From Tubiluchus corallicola (lineage: Eukaryota; Animalia; Priapulida), in assembly GCA_030141605.1 (NCBI GenBank), contig JAQGDQ010001981.1, positions 1-18,756 on the forward strand: 18,756 nt of DNA. Direction: 5' to 3'. Position numbers and translations under genes: made by a program. The notes below the pieces were generated by a model. It was given only the letters and a program-made list of their open reading frames with translations, ran no database searches and had not been told where the DNA came from. Shown piece by piece: positions 1 through 9,547 of the stretch. Position 1 is the stretch's first letter, and the number at the start of each line of letters is the position of its first letter.

Positions 1-618
1 CGCCAAGTGAAAGAAACATTCAAGCCAACCAGTTGCACTTGATGTTATGACAAGTTTTTTTGCCAAACACAAGAACAGTTGGCTTGATGAAATGCACAAA
101 TTTCCTTTGTGCAAAATGCAATAAAGCAGAGCTAAGACTACGAAAACTATCATCTGCAGCAAACGCAAACCACTAAAATTGCTGAATTTTACAAACCGAC
201 GTGTGGAATATGATAGAATCTGTGAAAGTCTGTCTTAAATTTTACGAATTTTCTGAATAAGCTCATCGCCTCTGGGTTTTTGGAGCATCCAATCTTCTTT
301 GATGATAATCACTAGTGACACAATTTAAACCGTGACGAATCAAACACCAGTTGAACTTAATACTGGAAAAGCAAATTATTATGGAATTTTGCTTACAAGC
401 TTATCTCTCTTTAAACGTAATATCTATGGGCTTAAGAATGAACAAAGTGCTGAATTCAAGTAACACAATACGAATGGTATTTGTTGAATAACCTACTGAT
501 GAAACTTTGGTTTAAACCTGCTGATTTTAGTTTAAATTTGACGAAAATAGTTTTAAGAAAATAGGTAAACTTTTAAGGCAAAAAGTTTGTTTGTTTCTTA
601 ATAGATTGCTTTTCAGTA

Positions 619-989
619 ATCATCATCATCATCATCATCATAACATCATCGTCATCATTGTCATTATCGTCACCATCTTCATCATAACATCATCATCATC
701 ATTATCATCGTCATCATCTTCATCATAACATCATCATCATCATCATCGTCGTCATCATCATCATCGTCCTCGACGTCGTCGTCATCGTCGTCGTCATCAT
801 CATCATCATCATTGTCGTCGTCATCAACGTTATCATCGTCATTATCTTCATCATCGTCATCATCATCATCGTCATCAACGTCATTATCGTCGTCATCGTC
901 ATCATCATCACCACCACCATCATCATCATCATCGTCTTCATCATCTTCATCATAACATCATCATTGTCGTCGTCATTATTGTCATTATC

Positions 990-1036
<47 letters not shown>
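619..1036. repeat. Imperfect (CAT/CGT)n trinucleotide microsatellite
   Basis: About 420 bp of catcatcat/cgtcgt repeats; explains the spurious poly-D/M ORF 723..1052. Confidence 0.95.
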
Positions 1037-1718
1037 TAGGTTTCGGTATCACTTTCGATATCTTATTTCCAAGCTAAACATTCTATAAACCTGAAATTTA
1101 ATTTTCCAAGCATTTCTTCCATTTCTAGTGTATTAAATGTATGCCTAGCTGATCAACAAGTCAGTGTAGTCACTATAGATTCATTGTACACAATTCTCAT
1201 AAATGATATAGTTCTTACATTTTTAATTCTCCTTTCAAAAACAATAAGCTCCCACTTCTTGAAAATCCCAGTATGAATAACAGAACACTAAATTTAAGAT
1301 ACCTATATGCAACGAGGATTGTATTTCTCTGTATATATGTATATATATATAATAATCTTTATTATAATAATTATTATAATAAAAATACATCGATAATCAC
1401 TGATAAAAACTTTACAGAGATGATCAATCAGTGAAAATATGTGAAAAAGGCAGTAAGTAGGAGGTATACAATTTTAAGACAAATGTTTAAGTAAGTGGGG
1501 GATTTTCTTGTGCTTTAATGTGTTGTAACTTCTTCAGTTATGCAGAATTCGGGACGGCTTCTTCTGCACATATGAGACGTGCAGAACAAGAAAGAACAAC
1601 AAAAATTACATTCAAACTCGGCCAACAGACGAATTTTGCATCGAATTTTATTGGGTCATAAACTCCCCTCAAGAAATTGTCAATTTTAAGTTATTATTAT
1701 CATAGTTACAACAATTAA

Positions 1719-2103
1719 TACGATGGACCGGAAATAGGCCTAAAAATTATTACGATGGACCGGAAATAGGCCTAAAAACTATTACGATGGACTGGAAATA
1801 GGCCTAAAAACTATTACGACGGACCGGAATTAGTCCTTAAAAACTATTACAATGGACCACAAATAGGCCTAACAACTATTACAATGGACCGCAAATAGGC
1901 CTAAAAACTATTACAATGGACCGGAAATAGGCCTAAAAACTATTACGACGGACCGGAATTAGTCCTAAAAACTATTACAATGGACCACAAATAGGCCTAA
2001 CAACTATTACAATGGACCGCAAATAGGCCTAAAAACTGTTACAATGGACAGCAAATAGGCCTAAAAACTATTATGATGGACCGCAAATGGGCCTAAAAAG
2101 TAT
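1719..2103. repeat. 32-bp minisatellite, 12 units (TACRATGGACCGSAAATAGGCCTAAAAACTAT)
   Basis: Twelve tandem units counted by eye; variant units 4-6 recur as units 8-10. Confidence 0.93.
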
Positions 2104-2177
2104 TCTAACAACAAAATGTAGCACACTGTTCAACAACATTAATTATTTTAACAATTGCATTATCGCTAAACCATATA

Positions 2178-2226
2178 CTCGAATCTTATATATAAATATA
2201 TATACCAAGAATATTAACATAATAGA
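2178..2226 (-). mobile_element. Helitron 5'-terminal fragment (third unit of the tandem)
   Basis: Minus strand reads TCTATTATGTTAATATTCTTGG...AAGATTCGAG directly after the CTAG end of the preceding unit. Confidence 0.7.
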
Positions 2227-3082
2227 CTAGCAAAGGCCCCGCAAAAGATTTTGCGTATAAATACACGTGTAATTAATAATACGCGAACATCCTACCTAGT
2301 CCTCATTTATAACACAAAGCCCGTAACATCCTGCCTACTTACCTAACGCAAAGACTGTAGCAGCGTTTACTCCTGTCTACTGTATGTTTAACTAACGCAA
2401 AGCAGCTTTTTGCTGAATTAAAGCTATAAACAATAATGGATGACGTCACTACGATGCCTTTGCGCCAGCAGTTTTCTTAGGCGGAAATTGTCGAAAATAG
2501 AACACGTAATTAACTCGTTAATACTCCTCTCGGTGGACCTGCCCTAAAATATAACCCACATCATCGTGTAGCACTGTTCTTCTTCTTTCAAAGAGCTATA
2601 TATCCCTTCTGAGAGTCCCACCGGGCGCCGCTAGAACGTTTTTCCCGCAGGCTGTTTGGTCAAAATTTCGAAAAAATCGCGAGTTGGGTCCGGGAAAACG
2701 CCCGTTGCGGGGCGCCGTGGCCCTCTCGTAAATTCTAAATATGCCTACTACACCCACCGCTGAACGGGCTAGCTATCCATACCCAGCACCACCCTCGGCC
2801 CATTCCAGTTCTTCAGAAATAAGAGGTATAAGTTTTGCAAAAAACGGCCGAAAAATGGCCATTTTTGGAGGTTTTTCGCCCCCCCCTTCCTCCCAGTGGG
2901 CCCGATTCGAAAAATAAACCATCAATGGCACGACACTAGATCGAGACCTTTCGTTTGATGTATAGATCGCCGCAAATGCTGCCCTCGTCCGGGCTGTAGC
3001 CTCGAATCTTATATATATATATATAAATAAATAAACAAATATATATATATATATAACATACCAAGAATATTAATATAATAGA
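2227..3082 (-). mobile_element. Non-autonomous Helitron, ~855 bp, both termini intact
   Basis: Minus strand: 5' TCTATTATATTAATATTCTTGG; 3' hairpin CGCAAAA-TC-TTTTGCG, 9 nt, then CTAG. No TIRs, no TSD. Confidence 0.82.
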
Positions 3083-3367
3083 CTAGCAAAGGCCCCGCAA
3101 AAGATTTTGCGTATAAATACACGTGTAATCAATAATACGCGAACGTCCTACCAAGTTCTCATTTATAACACAAAGCCCGTAACATGCTGCCTACTGTATG
3201 TTTATCTAACACAAAACAGCTTTTAGTACAGCAGGCAGCGTTTACTGAATTAAAGTTATAAGCAGAGTACAATGGATGACGTCAGCACAATGGAATGCGT
3301 CACCACAGTTTTCTAAGCGAAAATATAAATAAATATATTAAGATACCAAGAATATTAATATAAGAGA
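3083..3367 (-). mobile_element. Internally deleted Helitron, 285 bp, both termini intact
   Basis: Minus strand: a|TCTCTTATATTAATATTCTTGG ... CGCAAAATCTTTTGCGGGGCCTTTGCTAG. Preceded by A, as expected for A|T target sites. Confidence 0.8.
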
Positions 3368-3744
3368 TGAATGTGAATTAGCAATAAATTAAAAAGTATA
3401 CTTTTCTAAATCACACAAGTCTGCTTATTTGCAAAAGTTACAAAGATTCCTTCAAACTCAGCTGCTTCATTTTCTCACGAGGAAGTTGGTTCACAAAGTT
3501 ATTTGAATGTTTTCTCTCTGAAAACATTCTATCATATCCACTTCTGTTTGAGTGAGGCTAGTCCAAGTCTCACTGTTATTGGTTATAGATGGAACAACTG
3601 TATTTTCGTATAACACTAAACGTACTGCTGTTACAGAATAGCAAACTTTTGTTTTACTATAAAATAGCCAACACCTCAGTTATTATAAATTTTATTTTCT
3701 CTTCCTTTTGTCAAACATCAGATGATAATTGCTTTCAGTGTTAA

Positions 3745-4201
3745 CCCTTTCATACCCGTTGTATCCCGTGGGATATGAGAATATTTTCTGCCTTTAAAAT
3801 TAATAAAATTTTAAAACTGACAGTTATTTGATCTGTTAATAGTTATTTTGATTTAAGCCAATAACAATAGACTAAAAATGGTGATAAAATGGCAAACTAG
3901 AAAATCTACATAGCATAAAAAACTGCGCAAGGTACAGTACTTTAGAGACGACATTGTACAGATCAGCATAGCGTGCATACTAAATGTCTTAAATACTTTA
4001 AAAAATTTTCAGCAGTTGCAAAATGAAGCACATTTTATGCTTCCATTGAATCTCAATGTATCCCGTGGAATACAGACTATATTTAGCATGCGGGCACAGA
4101 TAGAAAAAAATAATTATTATGTGTAAACAAGATGGACATACTGAACAAAAGTACCAAGCCAAAAAATTTTTTATTTAAAAAATAATTTGGGATTGAAAGG
4201 G
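3745..4201. mobile_element. piggyBac-type MITE, 457 bp
   Basis: TTAA on both sides (3741-3744, 4202-4205). TIRs CCCTTTCATACCC / GGGATTGAAAGGG match 11 of 13. Internal repeated quasi-palindrome TGTATCCCGTGG(G/A)ATA at ~3760 and ~4057. No transposase. Confidence 0.85.
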
Positions 4202-4582
4202 TTAAAGCACTCTTCCGGATATTTACATTCGTTGACACTTCTTTTTATTAGCAGACACTTGTTTTCAATAGACTATCAAAAGCAGTGCTTATTTAATGAC
4301 ACTCGCATGCTTATTGTCTGCTTTTGTCATTTTTATTTATCTTACCAGCACAAAAAACACGAGCTACAACAAGGAACTATAACGGCAGCAGACAAATATT
4401 GACCGATTTCTTTCAGTTTATGACAGAGTTCGTATAGAGTCACACAGAACAGTTGCCCGAGACAAAGAAGAAATATTTATTTACTACTGTTGAAAGAGCA
4501 TAATATTAATTAGCAGATAGCCTGTGTGAAAGGCCTTTAAGCTTAGCATTTGCAGTTGAAACAAAAGCAAAATATAGTGACA

Positions 4583-4698
4583 AAGGTTTTCAGTGCTTAT
4601 CACGATCACAAGTAACTGAGAGCCGGAGAGAAATGATTTCCAAACAGGCGCTGCTGTTTCTTGTTTGTATCTTTGCTCTTCAGCATAACAAAGCATAA
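4583..4698 (+). pseudogene. Degenerate tandem duplicate of the IR gene 5' end; upstream ORF MISKQALLFLVCIFALQHNKA* (4633-4698)
   Basis: 4583-4683 aligns with 4713-4813 at a 130-bp offset (tttcagtg..gatcacaa..gaga.atgatttcca.acag...gctgtttcttgtttg.atc). The peptide resembles the IR start MISRQIQLFLVCIITFQ and is out of frame with the main ORF. Confidence 0.8.
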
Positions 4699-4762
4699 TG
4701 TAATGACATTTGAAGGGTTTCAGTGGTGTTCATGATCACAAATAATACAGAACCGCAGAGAT

Positions 4763-6169
4763 ATGATTTCCAGACAGATACAGCTGTTTCTTGTTTGCAT
4801 CATTACTTTTCAGTTTCTGGACATATTTTGCATCAGTGAGTGCAAAATCAAACTGGACAAAAAGCGAAAAATCATTCCGATTAAGCACCTCAGAAACCAA
4901 AAGACCGGCATTCAAAAAGAATATGTGGCGTTTTACGAAAACAAACAGGATGCACAGGACTACTCCCTTAAAGGTGCTCAACTTGCAGTGGGGATTTGGG
5001 ACGGCGATCCCACTGCACATTTTACAATTGATGTGGTAAAGTTACTGAGTAATGCATTAAACTTCAGCTTTAACATAAAGACCATAGAAGCTTTAGAAAG
5101 TGCTGAAATGGTGGCTGAAAAGGCTGAGGTGGACATATTTGGACCGGTGACATTACTCAGAGAAAGAATGAAATACATGACTTTTCTACATCCTCTCGCA
5201 TATTCGTCACATGTGTTCGTTACAAAGAGGAATAAATTACAGGGATTTAACTTAACAGATCCCTTCAGCACCCCGGTTTGGTTACTTCTGATAATATTCG
5301 GGCTCTTGGCTGGGCCAATATTATACTGTTTCGATTGTCAAACAAAGACGATATGCAATGAAAATGATTTCAGGCAAATAAGCAGCAGGCCTACTAAAAC
5401 AGGCATAAAATACTACATTCAATATACCCTAGCCTCATTTCTGCAGCAAGGTGGAACTTACTTACCCCAGCGTTTGGCAGCTCGGATTTTTACCGGATGC
5501 TGGTGGCTGTTTGTTATTATTTTAATTGCCATGTACACAGGAACATTGGTCAGTAAGCTGTTTGTAAGCCACCAACACCATGTATTCTCAACTTTACAAG
5601 AATTAGTAGACAGCAACATTGTTCCTGTAACTATTGGAGACTTTGCTGCTACTTCTATCTTAAAAAACAGCCCACCTGATACAGATTATAGCAAGCTGTG
5701 GAAGAAAATGGAAATTGACAAGAATGTACCTGTGGATGATGTAGCAACAGCATTAGATCTTACGGCTACAGGAAGGTATACACACTTTCGCAATGGAATC
5801 TACGCAAAGTTAGACATTGTCCATGATTTCAAATTACATCGAAAATGTAGATTTTCTATAGCACCAGTCACCACTTTACCACTACAAATGTCCTTTGCAG
5901 TACCAAGAGAAAGTAATTTCACAGAAGCATTGAACCACGGCATTGCTACATTACTGCAAAGTGATATGATAGCAGGGAAACTGGAGAATATGCTACATCT
6001 GTCACAACAGTGTTTGGACACACCCATTCAAACTGTAGAAGCAGAAGCAATTCCTGTAGAACAGCTTAGTGCTGTGTTCTGGGTAATTCTTTTTGGAATG
6101 AGCATAGCACTTTTTACTTTCATAATAGAATCACTTTATTATCGAGTAAAGCATTACACAAATCCGTAG
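4763..6169 (+). CDS. Ionotropic receptor, iGluR superfamily (divergent IR-like, intronless ORF, 468 aa), copy 1
   Basis: Hydrophobic N-terminal signal peptide; S1-like IDVVKLLSNALNFSFNI and DIFGPVTLLRERMKYMTF; M1 PFSTPVWLLLII; pore-loop LASFLQQGG; M3 RIFTGCWWLFVIILIAMYTGTLVSKL (equivalent of SYTANLAAF); S2 FSTLQELV...C...FAVPRES...LN; M4 LSAVFWVILFGMSIALFTFIIE. No amino-terminal domain. Confidence 0.93.
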   Translation: MISRQIQLFLVCIITFQFLDIFCISECKIKLDKKRKIIPIKHLRNQKTGIQKEYVAFYENKQDAQDYSLKGAQLAVGIWDGDPTAHFTIDVVKLLSNALNFSFNIKTIEALESAEMVAEKAEVDIFGPVTLLRERMKYMTFLHPLAYSSHVFVTKRNKLQGFNLTDPFSTPVWLLLIIFGLLAGPILYCFDCQTKTICNENDFRQISSRPTKTGIKYYIQYTLASFLQQGGTYLPQRLAARIFTGCWWLFVIILIAMYTGTLVSKLFVSHQHHVFSTLQELVDSNIVPVTIGDFAATSILKNSPPDTDYSKLWKKMEIDKNVPVDDVATALDLTATGRYTHFRNGIYAKLDIVHDFKLHRKCRFSIAPVTTLPLQMSFAVPRESNFTEALNHGIATLLQSDMIAGKLENMLHLSQQCLDTPIQTVEAEAIPVEQLSAVFWVILFGMSIALFTFIIESLYYRVKHYTNP

Positions 6170-6180
6170 TTTAAGTTATA

Positions 6181-6186
6181 AATAAA
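6181..6186 (+). promoter_or_regulatory. Candidate polyadenylation signal AATAAA for IR copy 1 (mirror 12568-12573, minus strand)
   Basis: AATAAA starts 12 nt after the TAG stop. The context is AT-rich, so a chance match is possible. Confidence 0.35.
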
Positions 6187-6696
6187 CTGAATAGTAAGTT
6201 TCACCTTCCTATTTAATTGGCATGGTGAATGTGAGATGCAAGGAGAATTGAGCCTTATTCTACCATATGTGCTTCTAGCTCAATGTGGTTAGGGCTTTTT
6301 ACTTTGTGTTATTTTGCTATTATTTCTAATCATCGGGCTATTTAAGTCGTTATGAGTTATTACTGTTTTAGCTTGACAAAGATACGAACCAGTTGTATAG
6401 ACATGATAGCACCTATCTACTCTGTGCAACGATAGATTATAACAAGTAGTCTATTTCAACACTTATGTGTCTATTTTATTGTGGTTAAAATATATATAAT
6501 AATGTGCTACATAATCATCCTTTTGCATTTTGTTTTTGTCTGTGTTTAGTTGAATATCAGTATGTTCTCTAACTAAAGCATTCATCAAAAAAACTTAAGT
6601 TATGTTAATCCTATAATGAATCTATGCAAAATGCCACCTTGTATTCCACGAGACATTTAGTTAGTTCCCGTGCTCCATAGCAAGACTGGGATGCAC

Positions 6697-7694
6697 CTAG
6701 ACAAAAGATTTTGCGTATAAATACACGTGTAATCAATAATACGCGAACATCTTACATAGTCCTCAAAAATACGCGAACATCCTGCCTACTTACCTAACGC
6801 AAAGCCTGTAGCAGCTTTTTGCTGAATTAAAGCTATAAGATTATAGACAGAGTACAATGGATGACGTCAGAACAATGCCTTTGCGTCAGCAGTTTTCTAA
6901 GCGAAAATTGCCGAAAATAGAACATGTAATTAACTCGCCAGTACTCCTCTCGGTGGACCTGTCCTAAAATGTAGCTCACATCATCGTATATCCCCGTTCT
7001 GCCTCTTTCTAAAGAGCCCCACATCGTCTTCCGAGAGTCCCACCAGGCGCCGCTAGAACGTTTTTCCCGCAGGATGTTTTGTCAAAATTTCGAAAAAATC
7101 GCGAGTTGGGTCCGGGAAAACGCCCGTTACGGGACGCCGTGGCCCTCTCGCGAATTCTAAATAGGCCTATGACACCCATCGCTGAGCGGGCTATCTATCC
7201 ATACCCAGCACCAACGTCGACCCGTTCCCGTTCTCCACATCTATAACTTTTGCAAAAAACGTCCGAAAAATGGCCATTTCGGAGGTTTTTCGCCCCCCTT
7301 CCTCCCGGTGGGCGCGATTCGAAAAATAAACCATCAATGAGACGACACTAGATCGAGACCTTTCGTTTGATGTATAGATCGCCGCAAATGGTGCCCTCAT
7401 CGAAGCTGTAGCCTCGAATCTTATATATCTTTCTTTCTCACCATCCTCCTGGTAGATTTTCATCTGTCAGCCGCGCCATGAGTTACTTGAGCAAAAAATA
7501 CTTCAGTGACTTGCTAGGTCTATCCTGAAGGATTTGGTCCACAGCTCCTTATTTGAATATTCGGAGCACCCTGGCTCGTGAGCCAGGGGTCCCCCATCCG
7601 CCACCCGGGGGATGCGCCCGGTAGGGGTTTACTCCCACCCGAGGAATCTTATATATATATAAATAAATATATATACCAAGAAATAATAATAGGA
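6697..7694 (-). mobile_element. Non-autonomous Helitron with damaged 3' end and nested RTE-derived insertion; forms the inner edge of the left arm
   Basis: Homologous to 2227-3082 along its length. Minus-strand 5' end is degenerate (TCCTATTATTATTTCTTGG). The 3' end reads CGCAAAATCTTTTG-TCTAG and lacks CGGGGCCTTTG. Confidence 0.78.
7429..7643 (-). mobile_element. 215-bp RTE-LINE-derived non-autonomous retroelement with 13-bp TSD
   Basis: Flanked by the direct repeat GAATCTTATATAT (7416-7428, 7644-7656). Absent from the other Helitron copies, which have a single site. Mirror of 11127-11341. Confidence 0.7.
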
Positions 7695-7837
7695 CATATT
7701 TGCTGCTACACATAGTTGGATTTATGTATGTTTGTGTATAATTCTGTGGATAGATGGCACTGCATTGGAGGATTATAGAATTTACGTATGTTAGTACATA
7801 ATTCCGTGGATAGATGGCACAGCTGTGGAGTAATGTA

Positions 7838-7973
7838 GGTAAAAATGACACAAAAATGGCACAGGAAAAAATGAAAAAGTGGGTAAAAATGGTATAAGAA
7901 AAAACGACGCGGTAGGAATAACACAGGAAAAAATGGCACAGGTAAAAAGGGCACAGGAAAAAAATGCCACACC
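7838..7973. repeat. Degenerate 15-bp tandem (GGAAAAAATGGCACA), possibly a solo tandem-repeat TIR of a Mutator/Phantom/Foldback-like transposon
   Basis: About 9 imperfect units; the minus strand begins GGTGTGGCATTTTTTTCCTGTGCC. No partner TIR in the window, so the family call is inference. Confidence 0.5.
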
Positions 7974-8730
7974 TTTAATGGCGTTAATAACCCTTGCTTA
8001 TTAATGTGCATAGCCTTACAAGGTGACTTGGTATGTGTGTATTTGTCAATCTATTTTTCAACAAACAATTAGACAAACGAACAAACAAAGGAACTAGTCG
8101 ATGTACCATTTGTTCGGCAAGTCTGCAAGCTGCCAGGCTTGCAATCATTAATTACACAGATAAAATGTGTCTCACTGGCAAGTTCTACATTTGTTCATGA
8201 TCCTACACATAAAGATCTCCACCACTGCCTCACAATATTACTGCAAATCAAATGACAAAGTTTGTAATTTAAATATTAAAGACTTTCATGAATACTTTAA
8301 ATAAGATTTTTTTACTGTTAGTTGCTTCATCCAACCAGCATTGCAAAACAAGAAGCTACTACCAGTATTTTATATAGTAGGATTATTTATTGAATTTAGC
8401 AACAAGTGTAAAGTTCCTTGCAGAAACATTCCTGTAAAAATTCACTAAATTTGAACAGGCAACTCAGAGAGTGACAAGCATGCCACTGGTACAGCAGCAT
8501 GGATTATTCAAGTGCTGCTATAGCCAGTGGTACATAACTGAATCTAAAACAAAATAATCAGTAGAGAAACTACTCAACTGCTTTCATTTGCATTCTTCTC
8601 ACAGATTCAGTGAAGTTTACATTCAGTGTAATTATGATAAATAAATAAACTCGAAACTTGCATAGCTGTGAAATGAGTAGTCTTGGCAATCCATGTACAT
8701 GAAACGAATAAAAAGATAATAACGTTATCC

Positions 8731-9268
8731 CATGCACACTTCATTGTTACAAGCTGTTGGCCGTGCACACGTCATTGTTACAAGCTGTTGTCCATGTACA
8801 CTTCATTGTTACAAGCTGTTGTCCATGTACACTTCATTGTTGCAAGCTGTTGTCCATGTACACTTCATTGTTACAAGCTGTTGTCCATGTACACTTCATT
8901 GTTACAAGCTGTTGTTCATGTACACTTCATTGTTGCAAGCAATTGTTCATGTACACTTCATTGTTACAAGTTGTTGTCCATGTACACTTCATTGTTACAA
9001 GCGGTTGTTCATGTACACTTCATTGTTACAAGCTGTTGTTCATGTACACTTCATTGTTACAAGCTGTTGGTCGTGTACACTTCATTGTTACAAGCTGTTG
9101 TTCATGTACACTTCATTGTTACAAGCTGTTGGCCGTGTACACTTCATTGTTACAAGCAATTGTTCATGTACACTTCATTGTTATAAGCTGTTGTCCATGT
9201 ACACTTCATTGTTACAAGCAATTGTTCATGTACACTTCATTGTTACAAGCTGTTGTCCATGTACACTT
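8731..9268. repeat. 31-bp minisatellite, ~17 units (CATGTACACTTCATTGTTACAAGCTGTTGTY)
   Basis: Clear tandem array. The unit has no plus-strand stop codons and its length is not a multiple of 3, which produces three spurious overlapping ORFs. Confidence 0.95.
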
Positions 9269-9547
9269 ACTGCATTCAAGCCTTCCATGAGAATTAGTCT
9301 ACACTTAAGTGTCAACAGCAATAAATCAAAATATCGTTTTAAAGTCTTACTTTACAAGCACATCGTCTCCAAGCTTGCACTTTTTGACAAGATCACCGTG
9401 TAAAGTCACCCCACATGGTTTTCAGCACAGATCCCATGTCCAGCTTTCGCACCTGTTCTTGAACCTTTATTTCCTGCTAATCACGATGACTAAAAATTAT
9501 ATTATAAAAATCAATATTTATTATTATATATAAACTAATAATATAAC

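Larger units (their letters stand above)
1..7682. repeat. Left arm of giant inverted repeat (palindrome)
   Basis: Base 1 onward (cgccaagtgaaagaaac...) is the reverse complement of the window end (...gtttctttcacttggcg). The ORF track is mirrored (4763..6169 vs 12585..13991; 7191..7463 vs 11307..11579). Identity stops after ...tataccaagaa at 7682, which pairs with 11088. The arm may extend beyond the window. Confidence 0.97.

Noticed and set aside
723-1052. 109-aa poly-D/M ORF and its mirror 17703..18032
   Set aside because: Translation of the (CAT)n microsatellite; non-ATG start and no domain.
1719-2103. Possible CRISPR array (32-bp repeats; likewise the 31-bp array at 8731-9268)
   Set aside because: Units are contiguous with no unique spacers, there are no cas genes, and the context is eukaryotic.
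4484-6027. Antisense and alternate-frame ORFs overlapping the IR gene or its upstream region, and their mirrors
   Set aside because: Shadow ORFs with no recognisable features.
6833-7851. Short ORFs in Helitron/RTE sequence (6833..7024, 7191..7463, 7549..7851; also 9585..9782, 11307..11579, 11685..11921, 15815..16012)
   Set aside because: They cross element junctions, are not conserved as ORFs between family copies, and show no Rep or helicase motifs.
8683-9403. Three overlapping 167-223 aa Cys/His-rich ORFs that look zinc-finger-like
   Set aside because: They are frame-cycling translations of the 31-bp minisatellite.
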